Shown: positions 1 to 8,464 of the stretch, one piece after another
Position numbering within the stretch: the first letter of the stretch is position 1
How the letters are laid out: each line of letters opens with the position of its first letter
DNA from: an uncultured Desulfurococcales archaeon
GTDB taxonomy: Archaea; Thermoproteota; Thermoprotei_A; Sulfolobales; WANQ01
Direction: 5' to 3'
Length of the DNA stretch: 42,766 nucleotides
NCBI GenBank assembly: GCA_964448055.1
Contig: CAYUVB010000007.1
Span: 6,358 to 49,123 of the forward strand
The notes under the pieces: model-generated
The model's input: the letters and a program-made list of their open reading frames with translations, nothing else
Database searches by the model: none
What the model was told of the DNA's origin: nothing
Translations under genes and position numbers: made by a program

Positions 1-592
1 TCAAGGCCATTAGAGGAGGGCTAAGCTAAAGCTTTCAATTCTTTTCTAGTTTTACCTGTCGGGTGGAACCCGCAGAGTAAATGCGAGCCGTAATTTCATT
101 TCTTTCAATTCTTTTCTAGTTTTACTACCCCTATACTTATTATCTCTTCTATCATAATTATTAACGCTTTCAATTCTTTTCTAGTTTTACGGAATCATAT
201 AAGCCATAATCCTATAGGCCTTCCTTAGCTGCACTTTCAATTCTTTTCTAGTTTTACATAACCACTATATTCAAGGCCATTAGAGGAGGGCTAAGCTAAA
301 GCTTTCAATTCTTTTCTAGTTTTACAGTAGCCCAAATAGCCGGTGGAATACTCGTTGGAGCCGGGGTCCTCTTTCAATTCTTTTCTAGTTTTACTTTGGA
401 ACAAATCAAATGCATAACAGACCTCAGTTGCAGGTATGCTTTCAATTCTTTTCTAGTTTTACCTGCAGAATAGTACTGCTTGGTTCAGCACGTATACTCC
501 GTCTTTCAATTCTTTTCTAGTTTTACCACAATATTTGCACACACAGATATCGGCGGCTTCATTAGAGTCTTTCAATTCTTTTCTAGTTTTAC
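1..592 (-). CRISPR. CRISPR array with 9 complete 24-nt repeats, truncated by the window start
   Basis: Perfect copies of CTTTCAATTCTTTTCTAGTTTTAC lie at 32-55, 102-125, 167-190, 234-257, 302-325, 371-394, 439-462, 503-526 and 569-592. Spacers are 40-46 nt. The reverse complement GTAAAACTAGAAAAGAATTGAAAG ends in ATTGAAAG, the 8-nt crRNA 5' handle of Cas6-processed archaeal repeats. Transcription is therefore on the minus strand, running from the cas side toward the window start. Confidence 0.97.
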
Positions 593-997
593 TGCACAGT
601 TCTTTGTGTTTAGATTTATCTCTGTATTCTTTCTTTCACGGCTTAGTATTTAAGTATATCTTCTATGCTTGGTTTACTTAGTTTTAATAACTTATGTAAA
701 GTCTAGTGTTTTATAACAATTCTATGTTGCAGTGTAATCAGTTTTCATTAATTACTTTATTGAGCTAATTTTCATAACTAAAATGTGCTCACAGATATGG
801 ATTTATTGCTTGATCGATGTAGTTATATTGTATTCTACTTATCGAGACACGTTATTCTCTTTATAGGTTGTGGTCTATTAATGTGTTTTTGACGCTTTTA
901 TGCAAAGCTCTATGATGTAGTAATGTGGCTATATTACCATAACGTAGGTCATGGCTTGATTGGTGTGTATCAAAAAGAAAGGTGTGGATTTGTGTTT
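593..997 (-). promoter_or_regulatory. Putative CRISPR leader, an AT-rich non-coding region upstream of the first repeat in the transcription direction
   Basis: About 400 nt with no credible ORF lie between the csa3 stop (998) and the first repeat (592). The position relative to repeat polarity and the cas1/cas2/cas4 cassette matches crenarchaeal leaders. No promoter was mapped, and several TATA-like A/T runs are present. Confidence 0.55.
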
Positions 998-1633
998 TTA
1001 TATTATTAGCTTTGCCCATTGCGTTGGATATACGGCAGCTTTTCTTCCTTTTTGTATTATTAGTTCGTTTCTTTTTAGCTGATTTATGTAGTTTTTCATT
1101 GTTTTGGGTGTTTTGTTGTGTGTTTTTGCTAGTTCTTCTATTGTTATTCCTGGGTTTTCTATGATTGTTTGTAGTATCTTTTTCTTTTCCTCGGTTAGCG
1201 GGTTGTGTATTAGTTTTATTATTTGGTGTGGTATTCTTATTTCCCATGGTTCTTCTGTTTCTGGTTGTATGTATATTTCTACTTGTTTCTTGGTTGCTAG
1301 TAGTATTAGTAGGGTTATTGTTGCTAGTAGTCTGTTTCCTCCGGTTAGGTCTAAGATTATTGGTTGGGGTTGTTTTCTTAATTCACGTGTTATCGTTGTT
1401 ATTGTTTCGTCTATGTTTGTTTGTGGTACTTGTATTAGTTTTGGTTGGTTTAGCCCTATTTTTGATAAGTAGGCTTCTAGGTTTAGGTATGCTCTCTTTA
1501 ACGCCCCTGCAAGTGGTGATGGAGATATTAGTACTATTGCGTCTAGTCTTGTTGCATGACTTCTATGTAGTCTCCTTATTATGTAGTCTTCGTGGTATCC
1601 TAGGATGAATAGGAATGTTCTATGAGTATACAA
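998..1633 (-). CDS. csa3: Csa3-family CRISPR-associated regulator (CARF domain plus C-terminal winged HTH)
   Basis: The 211-aa ORF has a TTG start. FILGYHEDYIIRRL, LISPSP and ILDLTGGNR segments, and the C-terminal GITIEELAKTHNKTPKTMKNYINQLKRNELIIQKGR, are collinear with Sulfolobus Csa3 as I recall it. The gene is divergent from csa1-cas1-cas2-cas4, as in Sulfolobales I-A loci. Confidence 0.85.
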   Translation of the reverse strand: MYTHRTFLFILGYHEDYIIRRLHRSHATRLDAIVLISPSPLAGALKRAYLNLEAYLSKIGLNQPKLIQVPQTNIDETITTITRELRKQPQPIILDLTGGNRLLATITLLILLATKKQVEIYIQPETEEPWEIRIPHQIIKLIHNPLTEEKKKILQTIIENPGITIEELAKTHNKTPKTMKNYINQLKRNELIIQKGRKAAVYPTQWAKLII

Positions 1634-1869
1634 TGTGTTTCTCCAATATATTTCTCGTTGTAGGGATTTGTAAGGCTAACTGTCATCAAAGACAATGTAG
1701 TGTCATTACACTATTCTTCTAGATATAATGCTCTCCAAGTATTATAGATGCTCATGTTCAGTATTGCTGGGTCATTACTATGTGTTAAAGAGTTTAGGTA
1801 GGGATGTCTTTTTAGTTCTGAATGGAAAGTAATACCGATGTACTCCTATCCCCTCCATAGGGGCATATT

Positions 1870-2751
1870 ATGATTAGCCGCCTCGATATCCTCCGTGGAT
1901 TAAGGAGACTTCACTGGCTTAGGCAGAGAGACCCTGTCGAACTAGGTCTACGGGGATGGAGTTGGGATAATCCTCCTTTACGTCCTCGAGCGTATTTTGG
2001 TCTTGGTGTTTCTGAGGTAGCTTATCGTTATTGTGAAACAGCTCGCGATGTATTCCTACGTAGGGTTAGGAGACTTGAGTTTAAACCCTCTCCCCAGATG
2101 AGGATTGGCTCAATAGTACATTCAGTGTTCCATGCTGCTGCATGGGATGTGAGAAGACTATTAGTTAACGGTCTTGATTCATGGAGGGTTTATGAAGAGC
2201 TTGCGGGAAAGGCTAGGGAGAGATTAGCTGAGCTAATTGGTGGGGATGGTGTTAGCTGGGCTGTATCATTCTATAAGTACCTGGTACTAGGGTGGGCTAG
2301 TGAGGCTGCACGTGTAGAAGCACTTTATGGTGGGGAGGCGGTTACATGGCTTCCATGGTTTACCGAGGTAAGAGTTGATGGTAGTAGCTTGGGTTTATCA
2401 AATAATCTAAGGGTTGACGCATTAGCTGAGGGAGGAGTCGTAGTCGAGGTAAAGTATGGTAAGCCACTAGACTTCCATAAGACAGGGCTAGCTGGTTATG
2501 CTCTTGCTATTGGATCTCAGCTAGAAGTACCAGTAGACTATGGAATACTAGTATACGTTAACGGGATACCAGAAGGTAAGCCTAGGATAAGCTACGAGTA
2601 CGTCTACATAGATAACCATCTTAGACACGAGTTTCTAGAAAAACGCGATGAGATAATAGACATGCTTGAAACCCAGCGTGAACCACCTAGACAACCTAGC
2701 TGTCCCAAGACGTGTCCATTCTACGAGTACTGCTGGGGTGCATGTAGTTGA
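1870..2751 (+). CDS. csa1: Csa1 (Cas4-like RecB-family nuclease of type I-A adaptation modules)
   Basis: The 293-aa ORF has an N-terminal RGWSWDNPP motif, a RecB-like core (VDALAEGGVVVEVKYGK) and a C-terminal Cys cluster (CPKTCPFYEYC). It is the first gene of the cassette and overlaps cas1 by 4 nt. Confidence 0.8.
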   Translation: MISRLDILRGLRRLHWLRQRDPVELGLRGWSWDNPPLRPRAYFGLGVSEVAYRYCETARDVFLRRVRRLEFKPSPQMRIGSIVHSVFHAAAWDVRRLLVNGLDSWRVYEELAGKARERLAELIGGDGVSWAVSFYKYLVLGWASEAARVEALYGGEAVTWLPWFTEVRVDGSSLGLSNNLRVDALAEGGVVVEVKYGKPLDFHKTGLAGYALAIGSQLEVPVDYGILVYVNGIPEGKPRISYEYVYIDNHLRHEFLEKRDEIIDMLETQREPPRQPSCPKTCPFYEYCWGACS

Positions 2752-3740
2752 AGACAATGATTATTTCAGGGTATGGGGTAAAAATAGGAGTAGAGAAAGG
2801 TATACTAGTAGTTAAGGACAAGAATAGCGTTGAGAAAATTAGTATTGGGGATTTGGATCAAGTAATAATAGCAACTAGTGGTGTAAGCATAACTTCCAAG
2901 GCCATTAGAGTACTACTAAGACATGGCGTTGACGTTGTATTCCTTGACTCCCGTGGACTACCTGCTGGAAGGCTATGGCTACCATATCTTACTAAGACAA
3001 CTCTCACTCGTAGAGCACAATACGAAGCCTATGTCAACGGCTTCGGGTTAACCATAGCTAAAGCCATAGTACAAGCTAAGCTAATGAACCAGGCAGGACT
3101 ACTTAGAAGACTAGCAAGGAATACTGGAGACAGCGAGCTTAGAGAAGAATCCTATAGAGTCGAATCACGTCTCTCTAAGATAGAAGAAGTTGGTGGGAGC
3201 CTAGTTGAAGCACGGGATAAGCTAAGAGAAATAGAAGCACACGCGGCAAGAGCGTACTGGAGCTGTCTTGCAACAATACTTCCAAGAGACATAGGCTTTA
3301 ATGGAAGAGACTATGAGTCAAGCGATGCATTCAATATCTCCTTGAACTATCTCTATGCGGTAGCGTATACAGAGGCTTGGAGGGAACTAGTACTAGCAGG
3401 CCTTGACCCGTTTGCAGGATACCTACACGTTGATCGTAGTGGTAGACCCTCACTAGTATACGATTATATTGAAATGTTTCGTGCAAGCCTAGTAGACTAC
3501 ATGCTCATAAAACTATATACGAATACCACATGGAGGCCAAGGATAAGCGATGGATTATTAGACCATGAAAGCAGGGCTAGACTACTCAAAGAATTCTACC
3601 TAAACCTTGAGAGAAAGGTTAAGCCACGTAAGAAAAACCAGTCAATGACCCTTAGACAAGCTCTTAGACACTATGCTTACAGGCTAGCTGATTCACTAAG
3701 AGAACGCCAGCCCTATGAAGGATTCGTAGAAAAATGGTGA
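2748..3740 (+). CDS. cas1: CRISPR-associated endonuclease/integrase Cas1
   Basis: The 330-aa ORF has the Cas1 signatures EIEAHAARAYW and LHVDRSGRPSLVYDYIEMFR (conserved H, D, E). It sits between csa1 and cas2. Confidence 0.93.
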   Translation: MKTMIISGYGVKIGVEKGILVVKDKNSVEKISIGDLDQVIIATSGVSITSKAIRVLLRHGVDVVFLDSRGLPAGRLWLPYLTKTTLTRRAQYEAYVNGFGLTIAKAIVQAKLMNQAGLLRRLARNTGDSELREESYRVESRLSKIEEVGGSLVEARDKLREIEAHAARAYWSCLATILPRDIGFNGRDYESSDAFNISLNYLYAVAYTEAWRELVLAGLDPFAGYLHVDRSGRPSLVYDYIEMFRASLVDYMLIKLYTNTTWRPRISDGLLDHESRARLLKEFYLNLERKVKPRKKNQSMTLRQALRHYAYRLADSLRERQPYEGFVEKW

Positions 3741-3747
3741 TCAAGCT

Positions 3748-4038
3748 ATGACTAGGTACATAGTAGTCTATGATGTAAGCGATGATAAAGCTAGAGCTAA
3801 ACTAGCAGAACTCCTACAAAAGAAGGGGTTAACTAGAATACAGAGAAGCGCATTTGTAGGAGAACTTAGTAAAACTGAGCTAAAAGATCTATTGAGGAAG
3901 GCTAGACAATTAATTGATGAGGTGAACGATGTCCTCCACATAATACCCATATGTCGTTATGATTGGAGTAAGAGAATCATAATAGGAAGACCGCTTAATG
4001 AGAGAGGTAGAAGAGTTGAAGGCATATTATTTGTATAA
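3748..4038 (+). CDS. cas2: CRISPR-associated protein Cas2
   Basis: The 96-aa ORF begins MTRYIVVYDVSDDKARAKL...RIQRSAF, with the N-terminal beta-strand and Asp typical of Cas2. It starts 8 nt after cas1. Confidence 0.88.
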   Translation: MTRYIVVYDVSDDKARAKLAELLQKKGLTRIQRSAFVGELSKTELKDLLRKARQLIDEVNDVLHIIPICRYDWSKRIIIGRPLNERGRRVEGILFV

Positions 4039-4588
4039 GCACTACGTTACTCCATGGGATGTTAAACAGTATGTTTACTGCCCCATGATACCATGGATAG
4101 TATATCATCTAGGAATAAATGAGCCTCCAACAGAGAGCATGGTAATGGGCGGAGAAGTAGACGCATCATATAAGGAGAAGATTGCGGAGAAACTACGATT
4201 ACCTAAGCCTTGGAGAATAGAAGTAGAACTAGAAGACAACGAGCTAGGACTCCATGGTAAAGTTGACATTATAGCAGGACATAGAAAATTGATAGTAGTA
4301 GAGGTTAAGCGCTATAAAAGAATAAGCGTAGAACATTATCAAGCACAATTGCTGGTATATGCATTACTTGTAGCTAAAAAGCTAGGACCAGTGGGAAAAG
4401 CCATACTCGTATACGGGGATAAAGTACTAGAATACTCTATAACTAATGCAGATATACTATTAGCTAGAAAACTAGTTGAGAAAACCAGAAGAATAATAGA
4501 TAATGATAAACCGCCAATAGTTAATCAGAATCAAAGAAAATGTAACATATGTTGGTATAGGCGGTACTGTCCATTCTACAATACATAG
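3998..4588 (+). CDS. cas4: CRISPR-associated exonuclease Cas4 (RecB fold, 4-Cys cluster)
   Basis: The 196-aa ORF has an N-terminal Cys (YVYCP), a RecB motif (GKVDII...VVEVK) and C-terminal CNICWYRRYC. The start is uncertain: ATG at 3998 or in-frame TTG at 4031, and both overlap the cas2 end. Confidence 0.87.
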   Translation: MREVEELKAYYLYKHYVTPWDVKQYVYCPMIPWIVYHLGINEPPTESMVMGGEVDASYKEKIAEKLRLPKPWRIEVELEDNELGLHGKVDIIAGHRKLIVVEVKRYKRISVEHYQAQLLVYALLVAKKLGPVGKAILVYGDKVLEYSITNADILLARKLVEKTRRIIDNDKPPIVNQNQRKCNICWYRRYCPFYNT

Positions 4589-4594
4589 TTTTTT
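4589..4594 (+). terminator. Oligo-T tract directly after the cas4 stop (candidate archaeal intrinsic terminator)
   Basis: TTTTTT immediately follows the TAG at 4586-4588. Archaeal RNA polymerase terminates at oligo-T runs. This has not been tested. Confidence 0.35.
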
Positions 4595-4800
4595 ACAACA
4601 CGGATATAATAGGAAACAGATTTCAAGGGTATACAAATAGATTGGAGTATTATCGGAGAATTTAGTGGATAATTTATAGAAGAACTTTATGGTTAAGAAT
4701 TGAGTTTGAGCTTAAAAGAACTAGCTATTAAAATAGTTAATGCATTGATGTGAAGCTGTACTTTAACAGTATTCGTAATTCTTTTAAAATAATTCACACA

Positions 4801-6213
4801 TTATTTAGCTTCCTCTCTGCTAGCTATGATGGCTTGTACTTTTCTTCTTAGTGCTTCTATTGTGTGTTCTAGTTCGGTATCTGATATGATTACTGGTTTT
4901 CTGATGTGTGGGGCTTTTACGGCTTTTATGTTTATACGTCCTTTCTTTTCATCTAATGTTGTTTCGAGTACTATGTCGCTCATTGTGAAGATCACTGATG
5001 GTATTTCGTGTTGAGCTTCGCTTACCCAGTATATTCTAAAGGTCGTAATCCCTAGTTTCTTGTCTACTCGTGAATAGAGGGCTATTAGCTTGTTAACCTC
5101 ATGGATGTTATAGAATTCTGCTATTTTCTCGTATCCTGCTACGATAAGTACGTCCAGGTTTTCAGGTTTACTTATCCATTCCTTGGTTACACGATATGTT
5201 GTCTCCTCTAACTGGGTTGGATCAGCATCAATTATTGTAAGTTTATTGCGTATAAGATCGCTTAGTAGTTTGACATTATAGTCTACTCTACAACCTTTAG
5301 GGCCATAACATATGATTCCTATGTTAATGTTGTTCAATAGGGCTTCGATGCCTAGTTTGAGCATTAAGCAGTTGTGGAGTATCGTAGGCGCTGTAGCTGG
5401 TTGTTTAATGATCACACCTATTTGTGTACCAGGTATAAGTTCTTCACCGAATAGTTTCTTCAGAGGTTCTTCACTCATATGTATTATTTTTCTTTTCTTT
5501 CGTGTATTCTCCGCTAATTTCTCACTAACCAGATTTATAGGTATAATGCCTTCACGAGTTATCATAAAGTATATTGGGAATGATGGTGTATGTCTTGCCC
5601 TAAACTTTGTTATCCTGAAATACCTCGAGAAAGGAAACATACGCTTAAAGTCATAATAGAACTCTATAACAACGTCTGCTAAGTACTCAAGTACTGAAAC
5701 TATAGGGTCTTCCTCTACTAGCTTATCAGCTACAAGAATCATTAACACATTCTGAGCCGATGAAACTATTCTATAAACTACTGTATGAAGCCATGCTCTC
5801 ATTCTTGAATATGTTCCTAATACTTTAAGTACAGGCGTTATACTATCTATAACTATAATATCGAATCCTTCTTCAATACCCTCTACTATCTTACTAGTTA
5901 AAATATCTATTATATCCTCATCGCCTGGTGTTAGGAATTCAAGTACTTTAATTCTATCCTTATATTTATCGAAATCACATCCAATACTCTTAGCAATTAT
6001 TCTAAGCTTCTCTGATCCCTCATTAGTTGTTATATAGAGAACCTTGGATCCCTGTTCAACAACATTTCTATATACTGTTTGTATTGTGAAGGAAGTCTTA
6101 CCTGTACCAGGAGAACCCTTAAATACTAATACATAGTTAGATGGTATACTGCCTAATACTTCATCTAATTCGCGTAGCCCAAATAACTTGCTATTAGTGT
6201 AGGACTCGGCCAT
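4801..6213 (-). CDS. Tandem KaiC/RecA-superfamily ATPase with an active N-terminal domain and a degenerate C-terminal domain
   Basis: 470 aa. Domain 1 has Walker A GSPGTGKT, Walker B DIIVIDS and a KaiC-like tail (FRITKFRARHTPSFPIYFMITREGI). Domain 2 repeats the same layout, but the P-loop is replaced by KQPATAPT and no GK[ST] is present. Confidence 0.8.
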   Translation of the reverse strand: MAESYTNSKLFGLRELDEVLGSIPSNYVLVFKGSPGTGKTSFTIQTVYRNVVEQGSKVLYITTNEGSEKLRIIAKSIGCDFDKYKDRIKVLEFLTPGDEDIIDILTSKIVEGIEEGFDIIVIDSITPVLKVLGTYSRMRAWLHTVVYRIVSSAQNVLMILVADKLVEEDPIVSVLEYLADVVIEFYYDFKRMFPFSRYFRITKFRARHTPSFPIYFMITREGIIPINLVSEKLAENTRKKRKIIHMSEEPLKKLFGEELIPGTQIGVIIKQPATAPTILHNCLMLKLGIEALLNNINIGIICYGPKGCRVDYNVKLLSDLIRNKLTIIDADPTQLEETTYRVTKEWISKPENLDVLIVAGYEKIAEFYNIHEVNKLIALYSRVDKKLGITTFRIYWVSEAQHEIPSVIFTMSDIVLETTLDEKKGRINIKAVKAPHIRKPVIISDTELEHTIEALRRKVQAIIASREEAK

Positions 6214-6482
6214 ATATACCCCTTAGTATACCTCTTTTATAGTTCACCACATATAGTAGACGTCTTGCAAGTTAAAATATGTTTAAATCTAGCTGAAGAA
6301 ACTAGACATCAGTAGATTATTCTTAGTCTATTATAATTACTCATAGATGTTGCAGTCAGTGTATGGACTTACTAATTTTCGTATAACACTATATTTTATG
6401 GGGATAAATTATTGCTAGGAATGATTTAGATCATATATTAGGGCTTATTGTTGGAGTAGTACTGGGCGATGTTTATGGTTAT

Positions 6483-7343
6483 TTGTATCAAGGCATAGAG
6501 CCTAGCAGTAAATGGCTTAATCCAGGAGATGTATGTTTTGATTGTTACATGGGATGTGATGGTAAATGTTGCTATAGTGATGATACCGAGATGACCGTAT
6601 TGCTTATGGAATCTATGCTAGAATGTAATGGGTTTAATGAGGATTGTTTTGCAGATAAGCTAAGACATGAAGCTAGTATCCATGATTTTAGGAGAGGATA
6701 TGGTTACACTATGAGTATTGTTGTGAGTATGTTAAGGAAAGGTATTGATTGGAAGAAGGCTTCAAAGCAGATCTTCAATGGCCAAGGCTCTTATGGTAAT
6801 GGTGCAGCCATACGTGTAGCACCAATAGCAATAGTAGCCAAGGATGTAAGTGAAGTAATAGAGTTTGCTAGAAGACAAGCAACAATAACTCATAGTCACC
6901 CACTTGGAGTAGAAGGTGCAATACTGATAGCATTAGCCCAATACCTAGTATTAAGGGAGAAAGTAGAGCCAGAGACCATAGTAGATAGACTACTAGAAGT
7001 ACATAAATGGAGTGATGAATACAAACGAAGGTTAAAACTAGTACCAGAACTAATTGATAAGGATCCCTACAAGGTAGCATATACTTTAGGAAATGATGCA
7101 GCAGCACATAGGAGTACAGTTACAGCAGTATACATATACGTTAAGGCTAGAGGAGACTTAGAGAAAACCATAACATATGCTATAAGCATAGGTGGAGATA
7201 CAGATAGCATAGCATCAATGGCTACAAGCTTAACAGGAGCATATATAGGATACAAGAATATACCACAGTATTTAGTAGACAAGGTAGAAGACATAGATAA
7301 AATAAAACAACTAGCCATTAGACTATACAATAACTTAAGATAA
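6483..7343 (+). CDS. ADP-ribosylglycohydrolase family protein (DraG/ARH-like)
   Basis: The SDDTEM and GGDTDS metal-site motifs are present, with THSHP between them. The ORF track starts at TTG 6483, but the conserved family N-terminus (DLDHILGLIVGVVLGDVYG) is encoded in frame upstream from 6408 with no canonical start (see findings). Confidence 0.85.
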   Translation: MYQGIEPSSKWLNPGDVCFDCYMGCDGKCCYSDDTEMTVLLMESMLECNGFNEDCFADKLRHEASIHDFRRGYGYTMSIVVSMLRKGIDWKKASKQIFNGQGSYGNGAAIRVAPIAIVAKDVSEVIEFARRQATITHSHPLGVEGAILIALAQYLVLREKVEPETIVDRLLEVHKWSDEYKRRLKLVPELIDKDPYKVAYTLGNDAAAHRSTVTAVYIYVKARGDLEKTITYAISIGGDTDSIASMATSLTGAYIGYKNIPQYLVDKVEDIDKIKQLAIRLYNNLR

Positions 7344-7509
7344 GCTTCAATACGGCTTATCCTAGGTCTAGAAACTATTCTAAGTCAGCCCTATACATAA
7401 TTATCCTTTCTTTTTAACTCCATGAATTGCTACTCTGAGGCCGAGAGTACGTTTTAACTATATATGTGATTTTACTGCTGAATTCTGTACTCAGTAGAAA
7501 AGAGGTAGT

Positions 7510-8462
7510 ATGTACATGGAGGAATACATTAAGGTTGAAGGTGTTAGTAAGATCTATGAGGTTAAAGGTGGTAAAGTAGTTGCGATCAATGATGTATCAT
7601 TTACTGTGGCAAAGCCTGAGTTTATTGCTATTCTAGGACCGAACGGTGCTGGTAAAACGACTCTACTAAACATTATTGCCACAGTGCTTCCGCCAAGTAA
7701 GGGTAAGGTATATGTTAAAGGTATTGATGCTTGGCGAGAACCCTGGAAAGTTAAGGAGTTCATTGGATTTGTCCCCCAGGAGTATGGTATCTATGAGAAC
7801 CTTAACGTTGTCGAAACCTGCAACTAGCATGCGAGATCTATAAGATCCCTAGAGATGAAGCTAAAAGAAAAGTTAAGGAATTAATAGAGTTATTCGGTCT
7901 TGAGGAGCATAAGAAGAAGCTCGCAGGCAAATTATCTGGCGGGTTAAAGAGGCGGCTTTCAATCGCTATGTCACTTATACATGATCCAGAAGTACTGATA
8001 CTTGATGAACCTACCACTGGTCTTGACCCTGGTATTAGGAGAGAACTAATTGAGTTTCTCAAAAACATGATTAGTAAAGGTAGAGTAATCTTAATGTCAA
8101 CACATATTGCTAGTGAAGCAGAGCTTAGTGACCGTGTTATAATAATGCATAGAGGGGAAATAATAACCGATGGCGATCCTGATGAACTTAAGAGGAGAAC
8201 TGTGGGCTTAAAGACTGTTATTGAGTTGGACGTATACCCTTCGTCTAAGCTAGATGAAGTTGTAAAAACATTATCTACAAAATGGGTTACATCGAAGAGA
8301 GGCTCCAATGCTATAGTTATTGTTGAACGCTTTGAAAAGGAGGTTATAGAAATAATTGATACAGCTAAGTCTTGTAATGCAAAAGTTCTCGAGATTAGAG
8401 TTCGCCAACCCAGTCTTGATGACGTATTCTTAAAGTTGACAGGTTACGGGCTAGGTGGGTAA
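7510..8462 (+). pseudogene. ABC transporter ATP-binding protein (ABC-2/CcmA-like), disrupted by a 1-nt frameshift near 7813-7817
   Basis: Walker A GPNGAGKTT lies in frame 1 up to the TAG at 7825. The Q-loop region continues in another frame from 7815 (NLQLACEIYKIP...), followed by the signature LSGGLKRRL and Walker B LILDEPTTGLD. GAAACC would read VVENLQLA if it were GAAAACC. Confidence 0.8.
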
Positions 8463-8464
8463 TC

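Noticed and set aside
664-687. A second repeat-like stretch in the leader (TTAGTTTTA)
   Set aside because: Only an 8-9 nt match in AT-rich sequence, and the spacing to the other candidate (633-656) is incompatible with a repeat-spacer unit.
861-1608. Several ORFs (861-1247 on the minus strand; 982-1164, 1104-1472 and 1165-1608 on the plus strand) overlapping csa3
   Set aside because: They have low-complexity composition (N/K/T-rich or L/V/F-rich) that mirrors the purine-rich csa3 coding strand. They are out-of-frame or antisense shadows of a well-supported gene.
7806-7827. Programmed -1 ribosomal frameshift in the ABC ATPase gene
   Set aside because: The shift site (GTC GAA ACC) is not an X XXY YYZ slippery heptamer. 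The adjacent permease carries an independent frameshift of opposite sign, so decay or sequencing error is more parsimonious.
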